A stretch of 64,000 bases of DNA, taken from the NCBI GenBank assembly GCA_051294905.1, contig CM119371.1:3784001-3848000 (forward strand). The letters run 5' to 3'. Each line of letters starts with the position of its first letter. Position 1 is the first letter of the stretch. Shown here piece by piece: positions 38,201-53,200 of this stretch. The translations under genes were made by a program, and so were the position numbers. Source of the stretch: Botryllus schlosseri. Its lineage: Eukaryota. Under the pieces are notes generated by a model. The model was not told where the DNA came from and did no database searches. It saw only the letters and a list, made by a program, of their open reading frames with translations.

Positions 38201-41200
38201 GGACGAGGTAGGGCAACAGTGCTTTCAATAGGTAATATGACGCAATTGCATCGATGTTTTCCCATTTGAATAATTATTGATATTGGTAAAGTTCAATACT
38301 GATTAGTTAGAATTCTTCGATTCTCCATAATGCATATACTACATCGGTTTTAGTCTCATTCCAGAGTAAAATTTCTTTTTAAAATAAACCTATGAATAGT
38401 CTATCCATTGTACAAACATATGATATAGAAGGGGTGGTAAAACTAGTCACCGTCGATACTCAAGTAGAAGTGAAAGTAGCGATATACAATTAGGTAAAAT
38501 ATAAATATCGTAGGCCTAGTTTTGCGTCGAAATGCAAACTGCCAAATAGAAGTAGTATGAAATCTTAACCACTTGAGTACGTAGGAGAAGTAGGATAAAT
38601 CTACCTGAAGTACTACATCAAGTAGAAGTACTTTGTTACTGACCACCTCTACATATATGTGGAAAGGAACGCTGGATACCCTATGTAACGATGTCGCTTA
38701 TGTTTACGCGAAGCTTGAATTTTACCCGAACAGTAAAACGCATTGCAAGCTGCGTAAAAACTGTCACGGAGAGAAGCATACCCTATTTTTAATTTCATTT
38801 ACCTGCTTTCGAAACGTATATTTGGAGCAGGCATTGTTGCCTTTCACCTCAGACTACGCCATTGCTTGAGCGCACATTACGAGATGATCAGTAACAATCT
38901 GCTTCTACTTCTTAAAAGTATGTGGTTGATATAACGATTTCACTTATGAAATTGAAGCACAATTTTACCTGGAAGGGGCACTGCACTCTAAAAATGATGT
39001 GGTCTCCAATTGAAGGGCAAAACGACAATAAAAATTTGGCCCCAGCCATTTTCTTCAGAACGCCGCCGCAATGAAGCTGCAATTTATTGAACTTTCCGCA
39101 GGACCTTCACGCTCCAGCAGTCATGCAGAGATCGAACTTTATATAGTTGTCAGCCAATGTTATGATGGAAATATGTCTTACACGTCAAGGTGGTTTAGAT
39201 ATCGCGTTCAACGGAAGATGCTCAATCTGGAGATTTATGTCAAAATCAGGCTTAGTGTATTCTATTTCTTCGCGACAGAAATAGATCATGTCTAACAATG
39301 TTTTATATATAAACACTGTTTGATGCATAAGGACAGGACATGATTTTAGATTATTTTCACACAAAATTACTTACTTTTCACGGATTGGCTTTTGAGAAAT
39401 AGAAAGTAGTTTTGTGTTACGTTTGTATCACTGTGATGCGTGAAACCGTCTCAAAAAATCGCAATAAACATCATGGTAACTGTTGCATCTAATATCCAAG
39501 ATAATACGAATTACCAATAATAATAATTTTTAGTTACTCTCAAAGACTCATCTTGTAATTACCAAAGTACCCGCTAGCGATAAATCACCAAACACTTACG
39601 AACGATCGACCAAAACTACTTTTCGAAACTCAAGTACTTACAAAGGTACTTTTCAAACTTGTCACTTTCTACCTCAACTTGAAGTAGTTTTAACACATCG
39701 TGGACACATCTATTTCTACTCTATAATTGCATATAAAATTAAAACGTTTCTTCTACTTCTTCACGATTAGCAAGGCTGACTACTTTCACCACATCTACGT
39801 ACAATCGAGACTCGACTCGCAATACTAGAAATGCAAGTAGAGTAGAAATTGAGATTGGAAGTTTTTGTCGAACAGTGATGAGCGGATTTGAAACTTCAAA
39901 ATACAAATCCTTTCCAAATCCAGTATTAATTTTCTTTAACTCCAAGTCCAAATCCGATAACGGCTGAAATTTTTCCAAAAGTATCATGGAAATTGAACGA
40001 TAACAGGAAATATTTTACAATAATATTATAGGAAATGTATCTAATACCTTGTTTAATTTACACTCAGATAACTTCTGCAAATCATCCTGATTGGCCAACA
40101 GTTGTATTTGTTCTTTAAATTTGATAAATTCAGCATCAAAAAGTATTCCAAGAAATGCAACGTCTGCTGCGGCATAAACCCGGTTCAAAGTCAGATTGGA
40201 ATCCTGCAAAATCAAAATGTCAGTTACGTCACAATCTGCACCAATAAGAAACACTCAGAGGCACGATCATACATGAGCAGATTATTGTTACTACTGAAAA
40301 CTAGTCCGGGTGAAGCGATGGCTATGATGCTTGTCCGTTGGAAAATACGATGTGAAAGAAACACAATCCTTATACTTTTGAAAGATGTAACCTAACATTT
40401 CGAATGGACTTGATAATCAAAGTACAGTGCCGACAATTTTTTCTATAAATTCATCATGTAAAAACTCTTTACTTATAAAATTAGCTCAAGTTGTTAGCTT
40501 ACTATTCTCAACAAAAGCATCTCATCTCCATGACGCTCAAGATTATGTCATAAACTACATCCTGGCTATACTACACCGCAAGGTCATCGTTGTACGTGCC
40601 TAGTGTAGTTGACAGCTTCGTACAGTAAAGTCAGTGAAATGAGCAAAACTTCATTCCAATCATTAGTATGGACTCTTTATCAAAGTTGAATCATCTTGAT
40701 AACCAACCTTGATGGTGAAGTGCCCTAAAACCCCTCGACTTATCATGATGACATCTTCTTCGTTCTTCAATTCAGCAAGCCATATTTCTTCTACAGTCAG
40801 CTTGACAACCTGAATATTATCGAGATGTGAAATTTGAGATTGTGCATTGTATCGATCATCCATCATCTCTCGTGACGTCATTAATTTCATACTGTGACGA
40901 CCGCAGCATCACAGATCATCATGTGCTATACTTCTTTGACACGGGCCACTGATTTTACTGACGTGCTGCCGTTGGTGGCATTTTTCTACTTTAGTGGCTC
41001 GTGGTTTATATGCGGTAAAAAGTATCATGGCGGAATCCGTAGAAAAAGTAGAAGTATTGAGACAAATATATTTTGGGTAATATAGTTGACCTTTAATCAA
41101 ATTGTAAGCACCCACAACCGTATTCCTGCATTGACACGAATTCATGAGCTAATTTCGTCTTTTTAATCGTAGCGCGAAAATGGACAGTTTGCTATTGTGG

Positions 41201-44200
41201 GCATGTAAATCAGAATTACTCCATGGACATCATAGTGAGTCTTATATTACAAGGAAAATAAAACACTACAGTCAAAAACGCTTTTATTATTAGGGCTGGA
41301 CACAGTGATTGGAGTGCTCAAATCTGAAACGAATATCAATTTTTAATGATTCAGGTCGAGTAGTAAAAGTCGATTTTCTCAAGTAACGAAATTATGTAAA
41401 AATTGACAAAAATTGTAGTTTTGACAGTATTTTGCACTTTTGAAGCCTTGAAATCACGATTGGTCGCATGGCTGCAAATCAAACATATCGTACAAAGCTA
41501 CGGACGTTACTGGAATAACATATTTTCAAAGTCATTACAATCGCCCAAAATTGCCACTAACTGCAATGAAATTGGTATGTTCGAAAAAATACCGAAGTAT
41601 CTTTTTTGTGATGCATAACAACAGTCATTATAATATTTAAGGTTACATAAAAGGTACATATTTGAACTTTGGTATATTATATTCCGTTATGACGTCATAA
41701 CATAACGAGTCTCGAATAGTCGACTCGACTCTAAGCTTTATATGAGATTTAGAATTGAATCACTCATATACTCGATTTTTTCCAGCCCTAGTTAATCAGT
41801 GAACAATTTTGCTATGCAATGTCGAAATCATTGAGTTGGCCTGAAAATCAGATGCGCACTTTGTTGATTAGCAGTAGTAATATTCTGTTGCGCACTAATG
41901 CATGTCGACATGCACACTTTTGAATTTTGACGATGCTGACAATGTTACTTTTTATTTACGCAGTGCATTTTGTAAGTGCGCGCGCCGTTTGCTTTCGTGA
42001 ATGTGACAAAATTTTCCAAAATATTGATGAACAATTCGATCATCGCCAGACTGGCTGGTATCGATCACACCAATATCAAATTTTATTACATTACATTCAT
42101 TTCATTCATTGTCAATGTAGTAGAAGATGATTTTTGTTGATGAGGTCGTGACATTAGCTCAGCGCTCTTATTGCTGCCACTACTTTACATAATCCCCCAT
42201 TTCACCAAATTCGATTATATAGCTCGATACTGATGACACAGTGCGGATATTAAAACATCATATCAGTGGGTAAATAGTCTACGGCTTCGGGATGAAAGCA
42301 GAGTAGGACCGTTAAAAAAATTCTTCAAAATTCACTGGCTATGTGATAAAATTGTTAGGTTGGTTGAAACAACGCTGTAAACCAAATTTGCCTTCATGTC
42401 CAACCAGTAGAAGCAAGATTCTTGCTGTAAAAAGTTTTGAATTTATAATTTAAAAAAATCAAAGTTTTTCCTTCAACCCCATAAAATTGTTAGGCATGTG
42501 ATGATGCTTACCAAATTTGGCTCAATTCCAACCGCTAGGAGCGAAGTTATTGCCGCCGTAAAATTTCCAATTCCATGATTGTTTGGGAAATAATTATAGC
42601 TTTCAGTACAACATCCACTGTAGTACAATATTTAAACTCAAATACTTTCGGCACACTAAAGGGATTCAAATGGATTTAGAAGCAAAACCAAATCTGTTTA
42701 ACTCCCTTCAGTCTACCGTTAACTCTTGAAAGAGGCCACAAAAAAGTATTCGAGTTTAATAAATATTCTACTACAATGGATTTTGTATTGAAAGCTATAT
42801 TCAAGATCTGTACCGCGAATCAGCTATTTGAATAAATAATTAAAGAGTTAGTTACCGTAAAATTATTTTATTCGAGTTCAGATTTTTTCTACCACAATAA
42901 CTTCGCTTCTAGTGGTTGGAATTGAGCCACATTTGGTGTGCATCGGCTCTACTGACAGCCCATCAATTTTACGTTGTTGACAGAAAAATTTTAAAATTTT
43001 AATTTTGAATGATAAATCAAAAATTTTCTACTGCAAGAAAATCGCTTCTACTGGTTGCAATTGACCCAAAGTTGGCATGCCACGTTGTTTTCGCCATCGT
43101 AACAATTTTATAAGCATAGCCGAAGAAATCTGAAGGTTCTTTGAACAGCCCTGATGCAGAGAATGTATGTATAATGCTTTCTATCACGAATATGGCGTCA
43201 CCAAACACGTGTGATTGTCACGTCACAAGTCTCCGCATACCCACATAAAATTATAGTGGCTTGTAAGTACACAACTAAATCATAGAATCGATCTCACTTC
43301 CCAATCCAATTTTCCAGATAGCGATTCAATCCGACGATGTCGGAGAAGTGAACGCAGTGCTGTTGCTGACAACTTATTGCCACGCAAATCCACTTTCTTC
43401 ACCTGGAATGATGAATGAAATATGAATTCAATGTCGGCCAATATCATGTCAAATTAACACAGGTTTGCACAGACTTATTCAGGGCATATTTTGGAAGCTG
43501 AGTATGTTCAACATCATTGCGATCCCCATAATAAAGTCAAACGACACTGTGTTTAGAGCCACGGTCTTTTACTAATCCATTCAAATAACTTCAATCAATT
43601 CTAGGAATACACCGCACTCTATAATTGAGATTACGATTTGATTTCAGTGAATGATGGCTAATTTTATTCACTTTCGATTTCATTTTTGCGAGCGAGGCGG
43701 CCACAGTAGGATCAACTGTAATTTGTAATTAGGCTGCATGTAATTAATTATATTTTTCATAATATTTTAATTGTCATTGAAGCATTTCTATTCTGTGTAA
43801 TTGATACAAATTTGATAAAAATTTTACTAAATGCAATTTCAAATGCATTGTTATTGAAACCTGACAATCACAACATAAAATAATTAGTACATTAACATGA
43901 TTGTTCTATGCGTACCTCGTTAACTATTTCAGGCATACTAAACTGTTTTCCATAGGCCAACTTCAGCTCCAACAGAAAACTTGGTGAATTACAATATAGG
44001 CTATCGAACAAAATCTTACTATTTCATAAATGGACGAAAAGCAAATAAACTCTTCTGTAACCTGTGCTGAACCATTTCCTACACTACGGTCGGTGTTTTA
44101 TTATAATCTCTTTCCAGTACTGAGGCTTGCTGCAGGAATTGCAAAAAGAAATTCAAATTTTCAACCAAGACTTCATCACGTTAGATCATTCATTTGTAGA

Positions 44201-47200
44201 GATGTTAGTTATCCCAGTCTTACCTCCTATCTTAGATTAATTTACTGGGGCCAGAACCTTTCCGCACCCTGATGTTCATCAAATGCGGTCGAACAGTTTT
44301 GAGCAAGTGAAAATGTAACTGCGAACCAAAATTTTGTAATTGGTAGTTATCAGGAGCTTCTTTACTTTTTCATTTACTTTAATTTTACACACCTCATCGG
44401 TATCATCCTTATTGCCTTACCAATTACATTTCATTCACCTTACTCAGCTCTGAGTATTCATTTGAGTACATTTAATTGAATGTCTTGTATCCTATTCGTT
44501 ATTAGTCGTTGCCAGTCGCTCGAACTTTTGATTGTTAGTAGTTGCTTATAAAAATTTTATTTTTTAGTATTTTTCAGAGCTTATGATTAGGAATAGTTCG
44601 AATACGTTAAAATTTGTTTTTTCTAATTAAAGGGTAAACTACGTACTGTAGTACGAGTCATGAATGAAACATGAATAGCTTGAGATTGTTGCTAAATACG
44701 TCGCTACAGTTGTCAAAGAGCACTTATCTAGCGAATCAATCAGACTTTTACCAGTAATTGTAATTATAATTGTACTTACTTACATGTTTAACAGTAATTG
44801 TAATTGTAGTCAGGGTTCCAAAGACTCGAGTCACGATTATCTGATGACTCGACTTGACTCGAGTCATTTTCGCAAAATTCCGAAATTAATCGACTTAACT
44901 CGAGTCAATCTGTGTACTGACTCGACTTGGAGTCAATTCATTACGCATGACTCGAACCAAGTCATATGACTCGAGACTCAGACGGCCAATATCGGCATTT
45001 TATTGCAATTTCAAAGAATAGTAGAGTGACCACACTATTGAGATTTCGTCTATGGGTATTGGTACTTGAAAATGCGACCAGAAACTGCTACAAGTGAGGA
45101 AAATTAATATATCATGAATGTGAACTATTGGATATCAACAAACTGGGTTATAACAAGTGGGTTACCAAGACTTTAACTGGAAGCTGAGCGGTTAACACAA
45201 TGATTTGGACTCGAGTCATAATACCATGACACGGACTCCGCCCTCTGATCGCTGACTTGGACTTGGTCGTGACCTGAAAATGACTCGACTTGACTCGAGT
45301 CAAAACTATAAAAATGTAATCAACTTGTAACTCGGATTCTTTGTGACCAGGTTACATCCCTGATTGTAGTTATAATTTTATATTTTTAGCATACAGTAGC
45401 CTAATTGTAGTCATAATGAAATTATAACATGCAATACAGTAATTGTAATTGAAATTGAATTGAATTCATGTAATTGGTGCAACTCTGGAGGTGGCCCTAT
45501 ATTTAAATTAATACAAAGTGTACTGAATCCCACGTAGCGCCAAGAAAAAAATTCAGTAGCATAAATCTGCTATTATTGTTTATGTTTATTTGGAAAAGAT
45601 TTTGAGCGTAATTCAAGCCTTCAAAATTATGTATTTTGATGCATATATAAAAATTTCCTTCCCAACACAACGTGAACAGTGAAATTCCGAACATGTCCCG
45701 GAAAATCCAGACGGATGGCAATCCTAATAAATTGAGAATTTCGGACCATCATTCGTGTGCGCATTTTTCAACAAGAGCAATGTTAATGTGATGCAGCGAT
45801 GCGTTCGGATAACACCCACACAGCACTGCGATGATCTAAATCAGTGGTGGCGGAGGAAAAGAATGTTGTGTAATATTCAGAGGCCAAATTATACTCACTC
45901 TAGTGACAAAATTTACGCACCGAGTTCACAGGTTTGTGTAAAATTGTATCGCGAAGTAGTTCTTCATTGAAGCGAAAACCCAATGCAATATCGTTATATA
46001 CTGGTCACCCGAATATTAAAAAAGTGATAAAATATGGTGTTAATATCTGTTTTCGCAGCACTATGTCAGTTTTGGGTCACACGGTCCCTCGCCCCCACAG
46101 AAACCTGAAACAGGATTCAATATTCATGAACCAAATTACAGCGTCACCGTTTATAGGTAAATCTATCTTATTCCTCACAACGTATAGTCAGGGCTAACGC
46201 CAGATCAGAAATAAAACAATGAGATAGCGTAGAAGCATACCAAGTTATACCGTCATTAGGGCGACTGCTTCAGCGGTTTATAGGCTATATCTATTCAAGT
46301 CACAAATTGTACTTTTCAAGCGATTTCAAGGTTTGAATCCGGCCAGCTACCCAAGTTGAGTTTGACGCTTCTGATCTATATCCTACCCTCATATCGAGAT
46401 AATTTTATTCAGGCGCCAGCATTAAATGGGAAATATGTCTGAAGATGGAAAAACTAGTATTCCATGCACGATGCGATTTTAGTTGACGGATGGGCTACTG
46501 CTTTTTTTCAAGTCACTATTAGTATACTGCTGGAAGTCACGCTAGTTATAATAGACGACCTTGAACTCACACGTTGATTACACGGTCCGTGGACATGGCA
46601 CTCACCCGGGCCGGACATGGGACATACAATATACCTTCCGAGTGACATATGAATTCAGCGGTGTTTTGTGCCTAAACTCACATGTATTCTTTTTTCCAGA
46701 CACCCCGTAATGATCGACAAAAGCTCATCGTTGATGTTGCAGTTACACAAACCCAAGCTCCTCAGACTTTCACTCCTTGCTGCAAGTGATCCAACGATAT
46801 GAGTATAGAAATTAAACATGGAACGGCAACGACCGATTTTGCAGCTTCGTTCCGCTTCGCAGAGGCTGGAGAGGAGAGTGGTTTTGCGTAAGCGACTGTA
46901 GGATTTCTGGCAATCCAAAAGCTATCTTCCCGAGCCCAGAAATTATTGAATCTGGTCTTGATCGAAAGCTACTGTTGCACCGATTCCGAAAATATAAATT
47001 TAAATAATGATCAGGCACTGATCCACCTAGAATCTGTCCTCCAAGTCTGAAATATCGGCATTGTTCAGAACAATCGGGTAACCGCAACACAATGACCGTA
47101 ACAATGACCCGTTGCGACTCTCCGATTGTTCGAACAATGCCGATATTTCGACTTTGAGGACGGATTCTAGGTGGATCAGTGCCTGATCATTATTTTAATT

Positions 47201-50200
47201 TATATTTTCGGAATCAGTGCAACAGTAGCTTTCGATCAAAACCAGATTCAATAATTTCTGGGCTCGGGAAGATAGCTTTTGGATTGCCAGAAATCCTACA
47301 GTCGCTTACGCAAAACCACTCTCCTCTCCAGCCTCTGCGAAGCGGAACGAAGCTGCAAAATCGGTCGTTGCCGTTCCATGTTTAATTTCTATAATATGAG
47401 CCTCATCGCGACTCAATGAAATGTCATATGCATTGATATCGGAAATTTGTTTCATAAGATCGTCGTCTCCTGATTCATAGATTGCTGTATACAGTTCCAT
47501 GCGAACGTGCTTGTTGTCCTCCTTGAGATGCGAACGGATCGATCGGGCGAGAAATCGCTTTTTCAGCGACCGAGTTGAGACTGTCAGACAAATAATGCAC
47601 CTCACTATACGATATTACAATCGAGTAAAGAGGAACAACAGTTTTCACAGAGACACAGCCAAGCGGTAGAGTTGAAGCCATATTCGCCCACAAATGTTTG
47701 ACTCATACGCATGTTTTCACAACGACACAATGAATCCTTGACGTATGTCATTGTATCAGAACCTAAATTCGCATCGTTAAAATTTCCAATTACCCGCCAC
47801 ATATTATTCCGCTGCTTACGCGACTTGATGTACGCAGACTGACTGAATATGAAACAGTTCTGACTGGATTGATCTTTTACTGCATTGTCTTGGGACCATA
47901 GTGCGACAAAGCATGGATTCAATAAACTCATTGGATCCGTGCCCACCATACAGTCATGCGTTCAAGATCGATTTTTCTCACAAGATTCAAAACAGTGGTA
48001 CGAAGGTGCGCACGCTATCAGAAATGACATTTCTGTGAGGTCTTGATAAAACTACAGCATCGTCACTAAATCCAATATGGTTGGTATGAGCAAAAATATT
48101 ATATAATGGGCATGTTATGGACACAGTACTATTTTTGTGACTTTGCGTATTATACAGCCAGTGGTGGTGTCATGGGTAATGCTCGTATGCTCAACTGGTC
48201 TTATAACGAATCTAATGACAGTAGAGGTCGGCCGATATTGATTTTTGCCGGCCGATACCGATGATCGACACACTCACAAGGCCGATAACCGATATCATTG
48301 GCGGATATTAATTTGGCAGGAGCAGAGAACCATTTTGATAAAAATCATATATATATATCAAGCATGATGGCACTTGTACAATGTACATGCCACAGAAAGC
48401 TGGACAACAAACGAGAAAAATGAAATTAGAATGAAATATTGCTCGATTGTGCACATTCATTGAAATTTGGGTCAACCCGACAAGCAAAACATGATACAGA
48501 ATTGCTGATCAGTCGAGCAGAGGTAGCTTGTAATGTAGGGAAGCATACTTTTACTGCATGCTCACCCAGTTAAACTCGTCCTGCGACGTTTAATCTGTCA
48601 CGCATCGCTCTTGGCGTTGCCGATTTAATGAGATTGAAAACACGGAGCATTGAATTTTCAATATTTTTGAATTTGTTTTATAAATAAAATATTGGCCTCG
48701 ATGCCAGCATTTCATGGACTGATATCCATAATCGGGAAGGTTTCAAATATCGGCTTCGATAATCGGTCAGGTTTATAATCGGTCGACCTCTAACTAATAG
48801 ATTCGAAACTCCAGTCGTTACGCTGGAATCCACAATGCTGAGCATGTCAATAATAGCATAATTAATACTAGTGGGGACCAGAGTGTTAAATTCAATAAAA
48901 CTGAATTTAATCGAAAGCAGATTTTGAAAATATCAATTAAAGTTTGATCAGAGTAATGAAACCACCCCTAAATAGCACTGAAGGGTCATGAAATCGGCAT
49001 TGTTCCAACAATCGGACCGCCACAGCACAATGACAACAACAATGGTCAAATGCGTCGCGCGACCGTTTTGAACAACGAGGTATCGCGATTAGTAATCAAA
49101 AATTGGACTCAAAGCCTGACACTCAGTTCAGAATTGAATCACTCCGATACTTGATATATGATCAGACCACACTCGCACCTAGGGAAAAATGTGTGCTTTC
49201 TCACAGATTCATATTTTCAGTCTTGAGAGTAGCGGGAATACGATAACTTTTCGAGAAAATTAGCCAACATCACCGAAAACTATACTCTCCAATGGCCTCA
49301 CCTTCATGAAGGTTATCCTGTGTTTCGTCGTAAATGATGCCGCACACGAATCTGCGGACGACCGACCATCGCTCTTTGTGCAGGTCGCCATAGTTGAAAA
49401 GCATGAAAGCTGGAAGCGACATCTCAGCCACGCAGCCCGCTGCGAGGAATTCCTGAAGACTTTGATGACAGAAGAAGAAAATGAAACTGCCATCCAATAG
49501 ATTGCAACTAAGGAGGTTATTTCCTGGAACCTTCATCATGAGATCTTGAACTTCTTCTGTTGAAAGTCCAAACTTCTTCAAGTCATTTTCAGAGAATGTC
49601 ACTCTCCCTTCTTCCATGCCACGATATGCCATCGCTTTCAATTTATTAACAACTCCAGCGATAACCTTTGCATTTGTAATGTTTTTCACGCTGCTTAAAG
49701 TGGATATAATTTTTTTGTAGAGTCCTGTGACGGTCTTTGGAGGAGGTTCGTTCGGATTCTTGGCCATGATCACTGCGGTTAAGACCAGAAACACGGGAAT
49801 GGAGACTAAATTGACCAGCCTTGGTGACATTTTTTCTATCTTCTCCCATGCTTCATCCCCATGCTGACGTATCAGAAACACAAAGAGCTTCTTTGCGTCA
49901 TCTAGGGTCAGACCAGAAAGTGTGATGATGTTGGCAGGTCGTGCTTCCACAGGTAAATCCGAGACTTGGAATTCTCGGGAAGTGATGACGATCTTTGTAT
50001 CAGCGAGCAGATTACGTGAGAGGATGTTGTACATGATCGTTGCTGCGGTGGCCGAAGTAAAAGGATTTATTTTCTCGTCTCCCTTCTTATTGATTTTCCA
50101 AATGGCTTGATCCAAGCCGTCGAAAATTAAAACTGCTTTTGATTGATTTTGTAGCAACCACTGATATGCACGTTCCTCGTTGATTTCATCCGGAAAGAGG

Positions 50201-53200
50201 CCACCGAAGAGAAATTTAGATGGTTTGATGAATCCTTTATCTTGCATGCCTTTTATTTCTATATACCGTATTAATTCGTACTTGAGCTGAGAGGAGCTTG
50301 CAATGGCGTCTGTATTCGTAAGTGAATGCCCTAAAGTTCTTCTTGCGATTCTGCGCAGAAGAGTGGTTTTTCCAGATCCTGCCGACGCAACTATGGCGGT
50401 GATAGAACTTTCCCCGTAGATAAGCTGTTGCAAAACTTCATCTAGCTCGATGAATTTGTCGTCATCAACTTTTTGTCGAAGGAATCCGAACTCCTTTCTG
50501 AATTGATTTTTCACAACCTCTGTCTTTTTCCAGAAGAATAATTTTCTTTTCATCGCAACTTCCATTCCGTGCACCTCTTCATAATTGCCTTTGAAATATT
50601 CTGACCTCATCAACAGCCTCATCTGGGGATGAACTTGGAAATCTGGTTGGCTGAGATCCTCATCAGCGAAGTCTTCAAGAATTTTATCAGCCGTCGTTCT
50701 TGACGAGTTTTCGTTGATTGATTGGATCAAATCTAAACACGAGTCTGGAAGATAATTTTGGTGTTCTATAGTTATATTTTACTATGGGATATGCTGGTGT
50801 TCCAGTGTTGATTACGTTTCTTCATGCTATCTCATGCAAAGACTTCTATATTCACAACATTCAGTACGAAGCAGTTGTTAATCTTAACCAGAGTTATGTG
50901 TACCACTTGGGGATGCGCAACACCAAAGCGTTCGGAACGGCATGGAATGTGGAATTATAAGACAGTTTCAGATATTTTTAAAATCTTCCTTTGTTGTATA
51001 TCCATAACAATGGCTCTTAAACTAGGAGCCAGTTCTCTTTGGAAAGCATCAAAGACAGCGAAGTGACGGCGCGAAACCACCTCGGAGAAGTAATGTTTCT
51101 TGAACTCAGGGTGAATTTAATTTGTGTTGACACTTGCAAATTTAAACAATGGCAATAATCCCAATTACGGTAGATTACGATTCAATAGTGATCACTGCTA
51201 CATACTATCTATACACCAATGCCACACCTTGCACTGACACTCGAACACATTTTGTAGAATAGCCTACCACTTTGAATAAGCACATTTTATGGCAGCTTCA
51301 AATTACAGCCTCATGTTATCATTTCGCCGTAAAAGTGCGACCAGTAGCGAAAAATCGCTCTGGGCATACCCCCAATGTCACATTTGAGATGGGTCCCAAA
51401 ACAGTTACAACAAGCCCTTGTTGACCTAAAACGAAAAATTTTTAACCTACCAAATTAAAATATCGACATCGTTTATCTCAGAAAACTTAATTTTCACAAC
51501 ATTTTGATCTCATATATGCAAATTGGGTGTTGTTGCATATCATGTTAGAATCTTACAAGTTATCTTCATTTCTGGTCAGAACCGTCTCTCTTTACGAAGT
51601 AGTTGAGCGGAAAAAAAATTCCGACTTCAAAACTGACAAATTTATACATGACAAAAAAAATATTTCAACAAATTCTGGACCTATGAAGAATTCCAGTAGT
51701 TGTATCACACATTATAGTGAAATTACAATTTGTTGCAGTACAACGAAAAGTACTTCTCTATATTTTCGGGTAGAAAGTGTCTAAGTAGCTAACTTACTAA
51801 GTAGCTGGCATAGAGTGAAGAAAGAAGGTTCATCAGCAGCAGTTGTTAGCTGACAACACTGAAGTTGTGCATACACTGCTAGAGACACACCATGTTGCTT
51901 CATTCTGGCAATGTTGTATACATCCCAATTTTTCATCGTGCTCTTCTTGATATATATAAGATCTAATGCCCATGCAGTCTCGCTTCAGTTAGGATATTGC
52001 GGTACGTTGAGTATAACACCATTATTTATTTCATTTCAACGTTTATGATTTACATTGAGCAGACGAGGGGTCGTCTACAGCGGTAGGCATATGAAGTAGG
52101 CTACAAGCTGTAAAATGTCAAATAATAAGTTAACAACACAAAAATCTACGACACAAACGAAATGTGGGTTCCATAAAAAATCCTGACAATTTTTAAACCG
52201 AACACTACAATTTTGACGAAATTTTGACTTGATTTGACACGTAAAAATATATCACCCTAGTAAAAAAATCCATGCCCGGTACCATCATTGATGGTCCATC
52301 AAGCAATGCACTGGGATTGCAAAATACAAAAAATTATCGCACCCGTCATTAATATTCCTTGATCGGTGAAATCGTTCATTATCATTAAAGGCAGCGTATC
52401 TAAAAATTTAAGAATCGGAGGATAGGTATTTATAGAGGTTTTCATAGTAGTCAACAAGGTTTCTCATGAATTAGTAGAAGTATTCACACTGAATGTTACC
52501 CCAGGTGTAAAAGAATTTCTTTTTGAAGCAGCATAAAACTCCTTTGAGTAGATGTAGAATTTGCTGTTTCTGAAATCCGCTCATGTAAGTAAGCGGTTTA
52601 GAACGTTATCACCAATACCCTCCCATGTACAATTAAAATGTCGCAATTCAAATATGTGGACCGTGTAGAACAGAGGCCTCAAACACGCGGCCCGCGGGCC
52701 GCATGCGGCCCCCCAGAGCATTTTGTGCGGCCCGCGCCGACATTTTAGATTTTTATTAATTTGACAATATATAAGTGTCACATGTATCTAGTCAGGTTAT
52801 AAACATAAAATTCCCTCTTAAATTGCTCCAAAAGCCTGAAACTATTCATCAAACTTCACTATCACATCAATTGCAACCGCTACCATATGCAGTGAATAAG
52901 TCACTGTTCCGTAACATTTCCAATTAATGATGACAAAACCTGACCTTTAGACGATTCGTGACTGAAATTTGTGAGTTGGATTGAACGCGACCTTTCTTAG
53001 AATTACTCAGACTCGGGCTAACTCGATGGCTAAATGAAAATGACTCGAGTGGACTCGGAATGCCGTGAATTTGTTAGAACCATGGACGCAGCAAACTAAT
53101 CGCGTATCAGGGCAGTAGTAATAGATCAGAAGGTTGCAGCTCGGTATTTCGCTAACTAACTAACTAAGCAAGCAGTTATGGCAACCATTGGCAGTCTGTT

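Noticed and set aside
46812..47385. Paired ORFs 46812-47090 and 47179-47385
   Set aside because: They are the two arms of the foldback transposon.
47605..47949. 114-aa ORF just upstream of NLR exon 4
   Set aside because: It lies in the modelled intron, ends at a stop before the acceptor, and has no recognisable domain.
50745..51120. Protein-like sequence immediately 5' of the NACHT ORF as an effector domain
   Set aside because: Stops occur in all frames and it is out of frame with NACHT. A good acceptor at 50745 explains the ORF start. It could be an old relic but is unsupported.
52340..52570. Candidate extra NLR exon after a tttcag acceptor
   Set aside because: Stops in all three frames before any convincing donor.
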